From: Mobula hypostoma
Taxonomy: Eukaryota
Reading direction: 5' to 3'
Length of the DNA stretch: 64,000 bases
NCBI RefSeq assembly: GCF_963921235.1
Contig: NC_086097.1
Location: 9,300,001-9,364,000 of the forward strand
Shown: positions 36,925 through 49,668 of the stretch, piece after piece
Position numbering within the stretch: the first letter of the stretch is position 1
Layout of the letters: each line of letters opens with the position of its first letter
Notes under the pieces: model-generated
The model's input: the letters and a program-made list of their open reading frames with translations, nothing else
The model's database searches: none
Told to the model about the DNA's origin: nothing
Translations under genes and position numbers: made by a program

Positions 36925-37619
36925 TCTGAAAGCTTTACAGAGAGTAGAAACTGCCATAGTGATCAGTGAAAATTTTGTCCATCCCAAAGTATGGACAATT
37001 AGGCTAAACATGGTTTCACCGAGGAGGCTGATGTTACAGATCTGCTCAAGAAAACAATGCAATTAATGAGCCAGTGATCTGCCAGCTTAGGTGGTCAACT
37101 GGTCCATTTGAGATTTGGGGCATAGAGTTACATATCAGTTTCAGTATGGATGGTATGGATGGCTGATTCTTTTCTGGTGAGATGTGGATTTTATTTTACC
37201 CCAGTAAGATGGCATTAAGTAAACTGATTAGGATGCCTAGAGATTCTGTTTTGCTTTTTGCTAATAATAATTAAGCAAGAAAGTGCCCAGCAGCCAAAAT
37301 GAACAGTTGATCCTGAATGGCTTCCACATGGGATGTTATGTTGCAGTTGTGGGTTTCTTCCAGGTGCTCTAGTTTCCTCCCATATTCCAAAGATGTACCC
37401 ATTAGTAGATTAATTGATCATTGTAATTTTTCCTGGAATTAGACTAGGATTGAATCGGGGGACTGTTGGACAGTGTGGGTTGTTGGGCCAGAAAGATCTC
37501 GTCTGTGCTGTATCTTAAAATAAATAAATAACTAGAAATAAAATGTAATTGACAGATAAATTTAATAATACAGAGCACTCTTTTAGAATAAAATGTGAGC
37601 AATTTGAAACAAAATAGTC

Positions 37620-38390
37620 AATCATATTGCTGCAACTCAATGCATAAAAGCATGCAGACATAGTCAATAGGTTTAGTATATTGTTCAGACCAATCAGCAG
37701 AAAGGTGAGAAAATATGCTCTAGGTGATTTTGACGAAGGAATGATTGTTGGTCACTGATTGGGTGTTATGAGTATCTCAGAAACTGTTGGTCTCTTTGGA
37801 TTTTCACACACAACCATCTCAAGAGTTTATAGAGAACGGTATGAAAAACAAAAAAAAACAGTGTGTAGCATTTCTATGGGCAAAAACTCCTTGTTACTGA
37901 GAGAGGTCAGAGGAGAATAGCCACTACTGACAGGAAGACAACAGTAACTCAAGTAACCATGTGTTACATCAGAGATGTACAGAAGAGCATCTCAGAACAC
38001 GCAGCACATTGAACCCTGAAGTGGATGGGCTACAGCAGCAGAAGATCGCACTGTTCTTCTAGGATTTTCAAGCACAACAATCACTAGAGAAGGGGTTCCC
38101 AACCTTTTTTATGCCATGGACCCTTTCCATTAACCAAGTAGTACATGGAGAACCCCTGCTCTAGAGTTTACAGAGAATGGTGTGAGAAACAAACAACTCC
38201 TGTGGGTGAAAACAGCTTGATAATGGAGAGAGGTCAGACTGGTTCAAGCTGACAGGAAGGTGAAAGTAACTTAAACAACAACACATTACAGCAGTGGTGC
38301 GCAGAAGAAAATTTGAAGAATGCACAACTTTAAAATGGTTGGGCTACAGCAACAGAAAACCATGAACATACACTCAGTGGCCATCTTCTT
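37620..38390 (+). mobile_element. Tc1-like non-autonomous element with internal tandem duplication
   Basis: Homologous to 28092-28625. The segment starting GGATTTTCA..CACAAC occurs at ~37798 and again at ~38062. Ends near CACTCAGTGGCCA. Confidence 0.7.
38090..38158. mobile_element. 69-bp hAT (Charlie-type) MITE
   Basis: TIRs (A)AGGGGTTCCC...GAGAACCCCTG. 8-bp TSD CACTAGAG/CTCTAGAG fits the NTCTAGAN target of Charlie-type hATs. Confidence 0.8.
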
Positions 38391-38851
38391 AAGTGGAAGT
38401 GCTGAATTTCAAGTGTTAAACGTATTAAACATCCATAATATACTGTTGCTTCATCACCTTTTGAGAGACTAGTACTAATGGTTGTTTAGCAACAACCTAA
38501 CATCTCATCCGACTGAATGGCAGTGTTAAACGAGGATGTGTAAGGCAAAAGGACAGTTCTTCATGTAAATACTGAAGCAGCTGGTTAGAAGACTCAGAAA
38601 TGAGCAATCTGGCACATTTCCAGTCCTGGTAAGATAGTTTCAGACGTACTGCATAATTAAAGGAGAATGTTCAATTAGTCACAAATAAAATTTGCTTCAA
38701 GCTTCAAAGTGTTGGTAAGAAATATGAAATAGAATCCAAATCAGACAGTCCTTTTCTCTCAGTGATATCAATGTGCTGATGCAAAGGGACTTAGGAGTCC
38801 GTGCGCAAAACAACCTAAAGGTTAACTTGCAGGTAGAGTCGATGGTGAGGA

Positions 38852-39243
38852 TGTTGTAAGGATGAGTCTGAGGACAAACCCCAAGTGCAGGACACAGGCA
38901 TGGAGGCAGAGTCGTGAGGCGTTAGCACCGCCGCGAACAGGGAAAGGGTATCCAGGAGAGTCTTTGCACAGAGACAAGGTTTACGTAGAGTATCCAGGAA
39001 ATGATGCAGAGCTTAGAACTGACAATACCAAGGAATCAGGAAACAATGTTTACTCACACTAGAGTCAACTAACAAACTGGCAAAGCATGGCCCTGCTGCC
39101 CGAGTTTTATCCTATATTCGCTAATGGGAACCAGGTGTGCTGTAATTAGTGGAACTGGGATTGATTGGAAATCAGACGAGGGGATAAAGGCCCAATTAAG
39201 GAGGTAATAGCAAGATGGGGAATTGCCAGACGGGACCATGACA
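38852..39243 (-). mobile_element. Solo-LTR-like insert with 5-bp TSD inside a CR1 fragment (CR1 ~38775-39470)
   Basis: TSD GAGGA at 38847-38851 and 39244-39248. TGT...ACA termini. Removing it restores the CR1 sequence GTGAGGAAGGCAAAT. The reverse complement starts TGTCATGGTC, like 15702. Confidence 0.8.
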
Positions 39244-39469
39244 GAGGAAGGCAAATACAATGTTAGCATTCATTTCAAGATGTCTAGAATAGAAGAGCAG
39301 GGATGTGATACTGAGGTTTTATATGGTACTGATGAGCCCTCCCCTTGAGAAATGTGAATCATTCTGGGCTCCTCATCTAAGAAAAGATGTGCTGGCATTG
39401 GAGAGGGTCTACAGGAAGTTCACAAGGATGATTCTGAGAAAGAAAGGTTTATCATATGAAGGACATTGG

Positions 39470-40265
39470 TATATCTCGCTTCTGTACATCCTTTTGTCAC
39501 AATCTGAAATTCTGTCAACAACAGATGTATCATCATCGAATTTATAGATACTGATTGAGCTGCGCCTTGCCACGAGGCATGTGTATAGAGATAGTAGAGC
39601 AGTGGGCTAAGCACACATCCCTGTGGAGTGCCAATGTCAATTGTCAGCAAGGTAGAGATGTTATTTCCAATCCGCACAGATTGTGGTCTTCCGGTTAGGA
39701 AGTCGAGGATCCAGTTGAAGACAATGCTACAGAGGCCTAGGTTCTGTAGCTTCTGATCAGGACTGTAGAAGTGATGGTGTTAAACGCTGAGCTATAGTCA
39801 ATGAACAGCATCTTGATATATGTATTTTCATTGTCCAGGTGATCCAAGGCTGTGTGGAGGGTCGTTGAGATCGTGTCTGCTGTAGATCTATTGTGGCGGT
39901 AGGCAAATTGCAGTGTGTCTGGGTCCTTCCTGAGAGAGGTGTTTATTCTAGCTGTGACTAACCTCTCAAAGAACCTCATCACTCACATAGATGTGAGTGC
40001 TACTGGATGATAGTCGTTAAGGCAGCTCACACTGCTTTTCTTGGGCACTTGTATAATTGCTGCCCTTTTGAAGCAGGTTGGAACTCCCGACTGTAGCAGT
40101 GAGAGACTGAAAATGTCTTTGAGTAACTCCCGCAAGTTGGTTGGCACAGATACTCCATCAGGCCTTGCTGCCTTGCAAGCATTCATCCTCCTGAAAGACA
40201 ACCTGTTGTCGTCCTCCGAGACAAAGATCACAGGATTGTCAGATGCTGCAGGGATCCTCATAGCT
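39470..40265 (-). mobile_element. Rex1/Babar RT fragment
   Basis: [51 protein letters not shown]. Confidence 0.85.
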
Positions 40266-40289
40266 GTCCATGTTCCAAACCTTCTCTGG

Positions 40290-41465
40290 TTATGCTTTCC
40301 CCAACTCTTCCTGCACTACATTAATGACTGTATTCGCAATGCTTCATGCACCCCTGCTGTGCCTCCACCTTCAACCCTGCCCTCAAGTTCACTTGGTCCA
40401 TTTCTGACAACTCTCTCCGCTTTCTGAATCTCTCTATCTCCATATCTGGAGAAAAAATATCTACTGACATTTTTTTATAAAATCCCCATGGCTATCTTGA
40501 TTATACCTCTTCCCACTCAGTAAAAATGATACTCTCTTTCTTCAGTTCCTTTGTCTCTGTTCCCAAGATGAGGCTGTCCTTTTCAGGACTTCAGAAATAT
40601 CCTCCTCCTTCAAAGAACAGGGTTTCCCTTCTTTCACTATTGATGCTGCCCTCATCTGAATCTCCTCCATTTTCCAGACATCCGCCCTCAACCCATCTTC
40701 CTGACACCTCAACAGTGGTAGAGTTCCTTTTGTTCTTGTCTACCTCCCTATGAGCCTTACATGCAACACACAATTCTCCACAACTTCCACCGTCTCCAAT
40801 GGGATCCTACTACCAAACACATCTTTTCCTAACCCTCACTCTCTTCTTTCTACAGAAATCAATTTCTCCGTGATGCCATTATTCACTTCTTTCCTCTCCA
40901 CTAATCTCAATCCTGGCACACATCCCTGCAAACTACAGAAATGCTACATTTGCACATTCACCTCCTCCCTCACCTCCATTCAGGGCCCTAGTCCTTCTAG
41001 ATGAGGCAACACTTCATCTACAAATGTGTTGGGGTTGTCTATTGTATCTGGTGCTCCCTATCTGGCCTCCTCTACATTGGTGAGAACTGACGTAAGTGGG
41101 GGAACTGCTTTGTTGAGCACTTACCCTCCATTCATCAAAGGAGGAATTTCCCAGGGCCAAACATTTTAATTCTTATCCCCATTCCCATTTTGACATGTCA
41201 GTCTTTTGCCACAATGAGGTGACTCTCAGGATGACGGAGCAACACATCATGTTCTGTCAGGGTAGCCTCCAACCTGATGACATGAATATCGATTTTTTAT
41301 TCTGGCATCTTTCCCCTTCATCTCCAGTCCTGAAGAAGGGTCTTGGCCCAAAGCATAAACTGTTTATTCATTTCCATAGATGTTACCTGACCTATTGAGT
41401 TCCTCCAGCATTTTGTGTGTGTGTTGCTCTGGATTTCCAGCATCTGCAGAATCCCTTGTGTTTAT
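40290..41465 (+). mobile_element. Penelope-like element, decayed RT tail, GIY-YIG and terminus
   Basis: Homologous to the reverse complement of 9296-10007 (..EQHIMFC.GSLQPDDMNIDF). Degenerate hammerhead at ~41325-41362. Confidence 0.75.
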
Positions 41466-42364
41466 GATTAAGCAAATATATATTTATTGTACCGTGCTTA
41501 GTTTCTAGCAGTTAATTAAAAATTAGGATTTCTTTTAATCTGTTTTCCCAGCACAGTAGATCCTTTTTCACTGATTGCAGCAACACAGATGGAGATAACC
41601 AATTTGGATAGATGCTGACATTTCTGGTGTAGCAGCCCTAATTAATTGGCATCCTAAGGCTGGGTTTTTAGATTTCCTTCAATTGATGATGCCTCATCAA
41701 CTACCAAAATGGTTCCCACCTTGCACACGATCAACATTAATGAATGTGCACCAAGCCCATATTTGCAAATGGACTTGAAAACTTCTGCTGACTAACAATA
41801 TGAAACATGCAGCACCGGGAAACGATGTCCAAAATCACCAGTAAATATAACTTGATGCTAGTTTGCCATGTTGAAGGTGCAAACATTAGACCAACATCTC
41901 CCTTGGCCCTTTCACTGCTCAGCAACCACAGTAGTCATGAAACAAGCCTCACCAATATTATTTCAAAGCATCTTAAGTCCTTATACATTGATTTCTGGAT
42001 TATTTATTTTGGATATTGCCAGAATTTTCTTAGATTTAAATATTCAACAGTTCCACCTCATTCATTGCTATAATTGGTATACCTACACAGGGTGTAAACA
42101 CTGTGACAGTTAGCTTTGCAGTGAGTTGCCCAGCCTTTTGTGGTGGTGTATAAACCAGCTGGCTCTCCAAAAATCAGCAAGGTTTAAGGTAGACACACAC
42201 ACTAAGGATTTGAAGGCATTGGAAGATGGAGCAATGCCAGGAAGTGAAGCAACTAGTGCTAGTACATCTAATCTGGTTGTGGGAGCCAAAATCTGATGCA
42301 AGACTTTGTCTGGGTCCATTTGCTTTGTACTGTGTATTATACGGCTTTCTCTGAAAGGAGTTTT

Positions 42365-43270
42365 CTGATGATACCACTGTCATAGGCTGAATCAAAGATG
42401 GTGATGAATCAACATACAGGAGGGAGATTTAAAATCTGGTTGAGTGGTACCATAACCACTCAATGTCAGCAAGACCAAGGAGCTGATTATTGAGTTCAGG
42501 AGGAGGAAACCAGAGGCCATGAGCAAGTCCTCATTGGAGGATCAGAGATGGAGGGGGTGAGCAACTTTAAATTCGTTGGTGTTATCATTTTAGAGGACCT
42601 GTCCTAGGCCTTCTGTAAGTGCAATTATGAAGAAAACACGTCAGCACCTCTACTTCCTTAGGAGTTTGCAAAGATTTGGCAAGACATTTGAAATATTGAC
42701 AAACCACTATCGATGTATGATGGAGAGTATATTGGCTGGTTGCATCACAGACTGGTATGGAAACACCAATGCCCTTAAATGGAAAGTCCTGCAAAAAGCA
42801 GTGCATATGACCCAGTTTTCTCAGGAAAGGAGCCTCCATCATCAGAGACCCTCACCACACTGCTGCAATCAGAAAGAAGGTACAGGAGCCTCAGGACTTA
42901 CAATGTCAGTTTCAAGATTATTACCTCCAACCATCAGACTCTTCAATGAAAGGGGATAACTTCACTCAACTTCACTTGCCCCATCACTGAATTGTTCCCA
43001 CACCCTAAGGATTCACTTTCAAGGATTCTTCATCTCATGTTCTCGATATGCATTGCTTATTTATTTATTATTATTATTTCTTTCCTTTTGTGTTTGTACT
43101 TCATTGTCTTTTGTACACTGATTGAACGGCCAAGTTGTTGCAGTATTTCATTAGTTCTTTTATGGTTCTTATTCTAAAGTGGATTTGTTGAGTATGCCTG
43201 CAAGAAAATGAATCTCAGGATTCTATAGGGTGACATTATGTACTCTAATAATAAATTTACTTTGAACTTT
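42365..43270 (+). mobile_element. Rex1/Babar 3' fragment
   Basis: KKTRQHLYFLRSL, YRCMMESILAGCITDWYGN, then a 3' UTR with TTTGAAC tail. Confidence 0.85.
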
Positions 43271-44509
43271 AAACAACAACTGCACAGGCATTGTGGTCTT
43301 TTGACACAACGGGCTACTTTCTCCATATATTTCCCTTTGTCTTTGCATATCAGGAAATTCCATGTAAGGACCTTGGCTCAGAAGGAGGAAGGGGAAAAGG
43401 AAAAAATGAGTCCATAAGGGCTAGCAGATTATCAACTATAGGTTGGCTCTCTCCTCCCCTTCCGATCATCTGCTGCCTCCCAATGTGTATCACCTTTGGG
43501 CACAAGGAAAAGGAAAGTGTAATTGCGATCAAAATTCAGTGGATTCTGGTTAATTGGTCCATTGGATAATTGCAGCAACTAACAAAAACAAATTGAGAAA
43601 ATAGCCAGGAACTCATTAATTTATTTTGGACATTCTGGTGCTTAATTAGGGGCGTGCACTTTTGTAGCTGTTAGATATTGCACCGTGCTTATAGCGAACA
43701 CGTGTCAGTTGCTTTTGCTTGTGTTATGTTATCCATTTGGGCCAATGAACAGCGGTTCAAAAAGCAGTGAGCTATGATCATTTTTTAAAAATTTTTGATT
43801 AAAAAAAAATTTTGAGACTTTTGCCTCGAGACGAGTTGACACTAGCCAAAAAAAAACCCTACTAGATTAAATTAGCTGGCAGAGACAACTGTAGTGTCGA
43901 AACCTGCAAATGCACAATTGATACCTCAGCAAAATAAACTGTGAGAAGAATGGACATTACACGAGGAACGAATGGACCAATGCTAAAAAAAAGACAAGTC
44001 AGAATAGCTAAATAAGAAGTGGGATCACGAAGATTTTAAAACAAGAGATTGTTGGTTACCTGGATGGAAACGGTGGCACCACATTAAATTCAAGCAAGTA
44101 CACAGCAAGAAAGGTAGTGCAGATGGTGTAAGTGCAGAAGCATGAAAATTTACAAAACTCCCTGACTTGCTTCAAAAAAATTTTGTGCAGATGATGCCTA
44201 CAATGCTGATGAAACAGGCTGATTTTTAAATTGTGCCACACCGGACAATTCTCATGGCTACAAACACGCAACAGCATTGGGTTCAAAGAAAGCAATGGAT
44301 TGCATAACTGTGTTGTGTTGTTCAAATATGTCAGGGACTGTTAAAATAAATTATTGGTCATTGGGAAAAGCATTAAACCTCGATGCAATAAGGAGCTAAG
44401 AATGGATAGTTTACCAATTGAGTAAGATGTCAGCGTACACTCAGAATTCATCCTTTGGTAACCATTATGAACTAATATAGTTTTATAGTACTGTAGTAAT
44501 AATATTGGG

Positions 44510-44719
44510 CCAGCTGGTGGTGTAGTGGCATCAGCACTGGACTTCAATACAGACGGTCCTGAGGTCAAACCCAGCCGGGTCCCAACCTGGGCAGCAGCAG
44601 TATCTGTGCGGAAGAAAGACCTGGAAATCTACTTCCGTATCTTGCCATGAAAACCCTCTGGACCCCATGATCCATGAGTTTACGAAGAGACGGACTCAAC
44701 TTAATGACTGTAACAACAA
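44510..44719 (+). mobile_element. tRNA-derived SINE with RTE-like tail and ~15-bp TSD
   Basis: TSD AGTAATA(A/T)TATTGGG at 44495-44509 and 44720-44734. A box TGGTGTAGTGG. The head is related to 20019-20238. Ends in (CAA)n. Confidence 0.7.
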
Positions 44720-44734
44720 AGTAATATTATTGGG

Positions 44735-45146
44735 TGCGGATTATCGGCACCCAATTATCCACCATTGAGAACATCTACCATAAACGTTGCCTGGGCAGGG
44801 CGAAAAGCATTATCAGGGATGCATCTCACCCTAATCATGGACTTTTTACTCTCCTCCCATCCGGTAGGCGCTACAGGAGCCTCCGCTCCCGCACCAGCAG
44901 GCACAGGAAGAGCTTCTTCCCTGAGGCTGTGACCCTGCTGAACCTCACATCACAGCGCTAAGCAGTATTGCATCCATATTGTACTGTCTCAGTACTTTTA
45001 TATTTGTGTGCTGTAGCACTTTTTTTATTCCCAGTTATTTTGTAACTAACACTATTCTCTGCATTTCTGGTCAGATGCTAAATGCATTTCAATGGCTTTG
45101 TATCTGTACTGGGCACAATGACAATAAAGTTGAATCTAATCTAATT
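44735..45146 (+). mobile_element. Rex1/Babar 3' fragment
   Basis: IIRDASHPNHGLFTLLPSGRRYRSLRSRTSRHRKSFFPEAV, with an (ATCTA)n-type tail. Confidence 0.85.
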
Positions 45147-45581
45147 ATTATTGTTCCAAATTGTTCTGTATTTCATTTTGATGCATAATTTGTAACTCAG
45201 TTAATGGTAGCTTAACATTTTTATACCTTTTTTCCACTATTTCTATGAAACTTCAGATAATTGGTGCAGCCACAACTTGGACAAGACATACTGGTCACAA
45301 TGTATCCTAATTAACTGTAATCCATTGTATTTGCCGCAACTTAAGTAGCTGCCAATGTCCACAATGTTCAGGGTTTATGTCAGTAGCTGCAGAAAAAGAA
45401 CATGTGGCATCCATGGGTAACATAGAGCTGTTTCAAGACCGATGAGCACATCAGAGGACAAATACCACGCTCAGTGAGGATGGGAATGTGTTAGTTATGA
45501 TTTATCCTGTTCTTTTTGTAATGTGATTGTACAATATTAATATAAGGGTTTGAATTTATAATAAATATATTTTATTTATTG

Positions 45582-48500
45582 TGCTGGTAAAGAATGGCAT
45601 CAAATTAGAAAGAAGTGACATAGGATTGAAAAGTGTTGAATTCTTGTGGGTTGAGTTAAAAAAACTGCAAGGGTAAAAGGACCCTGATGGCAGTTATACA
45701 CAGGCCTCCAAACAGTAGCTGGACGTGCACTACAGATTACAATGGGAAATAGAAAAGGCATGTCAAAAGGTCATTGTTATGATAGTCATGGGAGATTTTA
45801 ACTTGCAGGTAGATTGGAAAATGGACCTCAATAGTGAATTTGTTGAACACCTACAAGATGGCTTTTTAGAATAGTTTGTCATTGAGCCTAATAGGGAATC
45901 AGCTTTACTGGATTGGGTGTTGTGTAATGAACCAGAGGTGATGAGTGGGCTTAAGGTAAAGGAACCCTTAGGAGGCAGTGATCGCAATATGATTGAGTTC
46001 AACTTGAAACTTGATAGGGAGAAAGTAAAGTCTGATGTAATTCAGTGGAGTAAAGGAAAGTACAGTGGTATGAGAGAGAGTTGGCCAAAGTAAATTGGAA
46101 AGAGATATAAGAGATGTTGGCAGGATTGACAGCAGAGCAGCAATGGCTTGAGTTTCTGGGAAAAATGAGGAAGGTGCAGGATAGATGTGTTCCAAAAACA
46201 AAGAAATACTCAAATAACAAAATATTACAACTGAGACAGACAAGGGAATTCAAAGCTAAAGTAAAAACAAAAGGGAGGGCATATAACAAAGCAAAAATTA
46301 GTGGAAGATAGAGCATTGGGAAGCTTTTAAAAACCTACAGAGAGCAACTAAAAGAATCATTAGGAGGGAAAAGATGAAACATGAAAGCAAGCTAGCAAAC
46401 AATATCAAAGTGGATAGTAAAAACTTCTTAGGTATGTAAAAACTAAAAGAGGGATGACATCCCTGGGGAGAGAAAGGGGATGACATCCCTGGGGAATGCC
46501 ACGGAGACCAGGTTAATAGCACTCAGCATAGGTCTGACTCAATAGTCAGAGCAACAGACTGGAGATTCTGTGGATGTGAATAGGACGCCTTGATGGTATG
46601 TTGCCTCTTAGGTGCCAGGGTTAGAAACATCTCGGATCATGTCAACAACATTTTAGAGAGGAAGGGAGAGCAGCCAGATGGCTTGGTACATATTGGTACC
46701 AATAACAGAGGAAGGAAAAGCAAAGAAGTCCTGAGGAGAGAACAGCTGGGTAGAAAGCTGAGAAGCAGAACCTTCAGGATAGTAATTTCTGGATTGCTGG
46801 TAAAGAATGGCACCAAATTAGTAAAAAGATGTGACATGGAATTGGAAGATATTGCATCCTTGTGGGTTGAGTTTAGAAACTGCAAGGGTAAAAGGACCCT
46901 GATGACAGTTATACACAGGCCTCCCAACAGTAGTTGGGATGTAGACCACAGATTACAGCAGAAAATAGAAAATTGTGTGTCAAAAGGGCAATGTTATGAC
47001 AGTCATGGGAGATTTTAACATGCAGTTCAATTGGGAAAATTAGGTTGGTAATGGATCTCAGGAGAGTGAGTTTGCTGAATGCCTATGAGATGGCTTTTTA
47101 GAGCAGTTTGTCATTGACCCTACCAGAGGATCAGCCATACTGGACTGGGAGTCATGTCATGTAATAAACTGGAGACGATTAGGGAACTTAAGGTAAAAGA
47201 GCCCTTAGGAGCCAATGATCACAATATGACTGAGTTCAACTTGAAAATTAATAAGGAGAAAGTAGTCTGACATAGCAATATTGCAGTGGAGTAAAGGAAA
47301 TTACATTGGTATGAGAGAGGAGTTGGCCAAAATTGGAAGAAGCTTCTGGCAACGATGATAGCAAAGCTGCAATAGTGTGATTTTCTAAGAAAAATAAGAA
47401 ATATGTAGGACAGATGTATTCCAAAAATGAAGAAATACTCAAATGGCAAAATAGTGCATCTGTAGCTGACGACGGATGTCAAAACTAATGTAAAATCAAA
47501 AGAGAGGGCATGAAACAAAGCAAAAATTAGTGGAAGATAGAGGACTGGTAAGCATTCAAAAACCTACAGAGAGCAACAAAAAGAATCATTAGAAGGGAAA
47601 AGATGAAATATGAAAGCAAAGTAGTAAACAATGTCAAAGTGGATAGTAAAAGCTTTTTCAGGTTTGTAAAAAGTAAAAGAGAGATGAGAGTGGATATAGG
47701 ACCACTAGAAAATGAGGCCGGAGAAATAATAATGGGGGATTAGGAGATGGCAGCTGAATTAAATGAGTATTTTGCATCAGTCTTCACTGTGGAAGACACT
47801 AGCAGTGTGTTAGGTGTTGAAAGGTGTGAGGGAATAGTGCAGTTACTATTACAATAGAGAAGGTACTCAAAAAAGCTGAAAGACCGAAGGGTACATAAGT
47901 TACCCAGACCAGGTGAACTGTGGTTCTGAAAGAGGTAGCGGTAGAGATTGTGGAGGCATTAGTAATAGTCGTTCAACAAATTGGTCTCTGGCCTGGTACC
48001 AGAGGACTGGAAAATTGCAAATGTCACGCCACTCTTTAAGAACGGAGGAAGGCCACAGAAAGGAAATTATAGACCAATTAATCTAACCTCAGTGGTTGGG
48101 AAGATACTGGAGTCAATTGTTCAGGATGAGGTAATGGAGTGCTTGGTGACAGAGGACATGACAGCACAAGGTCAACGTGGTTTCTTTTAGGGAAAATCTT
48201 GCCTGATGAACCTTTTGCAATTCTTTGAGGAGATTACAAGTTTGCATAGATAAAGGAGATGCAGTGGATGTTGTACATTTGGATTTTCAGAAGGCCTTTG
48301 ACAAGGTACAACAAAGGAAGCTGCTTAACAAGTTAAGAGCTGATGGTATTACAGGAAATTTACTAGCATTGTTAGAGCATTGGTTGATGGTAGGAGACAG
48401 TGAGTAGGAAGAAAAGGATTCTTTTCTGATTGGCTGCCAGTGACTAGTAGTGTTCTAAAGGGTTCGGTGTTGGGATTGTTTTTTTTGCTGTATATCAATG

Positions 48501-49080
48501 ACTTAAATGGCTTTGTTGTCAAGTTTGCAGATTATAGGAAGATTGGTGGGGGGGACAGGTAGTGTTGAGGAAACAGGAAGGCTGCAGAAGGGTTTAGACA
48601 GATTAGGAGAATGGGCAAGAAAGTGGCAAGTGAAATACAATATTGTAAAATGCATGGACATGCATATAGGTAGTAGGTATAAATATACAGACTTTTTTTT
48701 CTAAATAGGGAGCAAATCCAAAACTCTGAGATGCAAAGGGACTTGGGAGTCCTTGTGCAGAACACCATAAAGGTTAACTTGCAGGTAGAGTCGGTAGTGA
48801 GGAAGGCAAATGCAAAGTTAGCATTAGTTTCAAAGGGTCTGGAATACAAGAGCAGGGATGTGATGCTGAGGCTTTAAAAAGCGCTAGTAAGGCCTCACCT
48901 TGTGTATTGTGAACAGTTTTGGGCTCCTCCGTCTAAGACCTCTCTGGCACTGAAGAGGATTCAGAGGAGGTTCACAAGGATGATTCTTGGAATAAAAAGC
49001 TTACAATATGAGGAACTTTGGATATCTCTGAGCCTGTAGTTGCTGGAACTTAGAAGGACTGCAACCTTTTGAATGTTGAA
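45582..49080 (+). mobile_element. CR1 array: ORF2 endonuclease fragment, ORF1 esterase fragment, then a long decayed ORF2
   Basis: 46590-46797 CCLLGARV.....N.IL..KGEQP..LVHIGTNN...IVISGLL (SGNH esterase ORF1). ORF2 motifs LWVE..NCKG..TL, VPEDWKIANVTPLFKNGG...GNYRPINLTSVVGK, LDFQKAFDKV. Confidence 0.88.
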
Positions 49081-49668
49081 TGTTGAAACTTTCCCTCCTG
49101 TTCTACTTCTGGGTCCTTTTGGATGCAGTCCTGATTTGTCACTACTTCTTGCCAATGCATTGAATAGTTCTCGGAGCAATTTTGGAAATGGGCTTGCAAG
49201 ACAAATTTTTTTTTAAAATTTAGAAATACGGAGCATAACAGGCCATTTAGCACATCGAGCCACGTCACCCAGCAAATGATTAATCTTAACCCTAGTCTAA
49301 TCAATAGACAATTTACAATGACCAATTAACCTATTAACCGGGACATCTTTGCACTATGGAAGGAAACTGGGGCATTCGGAGGAAACCCACGTGCACAAGG
49401 GAAGGAGGGTACAAACTTGCTTACAGAGGACGTCGGAACTAAACTCCAAACTCCGACGATCTGAGCCGCAATAGAGTCATGTTGACTGCTATCATAATGT
49501 TGGGTAATCAATGGGTACAGATAATCTGGTTATTACAATGCATGTCCCTATTTTAGGTATACATTTTCCAGTAACAGGAGGGAGCCATCACTGAATGCGG
49601 AAATGCCAAATCTAAATTTATTTATTTAGAGATACAGCGTGGAACAGCCTATTCTCACTCTACATAGT

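Larger units (their letters stand above)
43537..45327 (+). mobile_element. Second, older pogo/Tigger-type transposon remnant carrying a SINE and a Rex1 fragment
   Basis: TIR-like CAGTGGATTCTGGTTAATTGG and CCTAATTAACTGTAATCCATTG-TA. DDAYNADETG and GSKKAMDCITVLCCSNMSGT..KLLVIGKS.KPRC at ~44185-44390. Confidence 0.7.

Noticed and set aside
41725..41795. Peptide INECAPSPY resembling a calcium-binding EGF start
   Set aside because: The remaining cysteines are missing, a stop follows within about 10 codons, and there are no splice signals. Likely chance.
43330..43370. Polypyrimidine-CAG followed 10 nt later by GTAAGG (possible microexon)
   Set aside because: It is not frame-preserving and there is no supporting gene context. 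Such motifs are common by chance.
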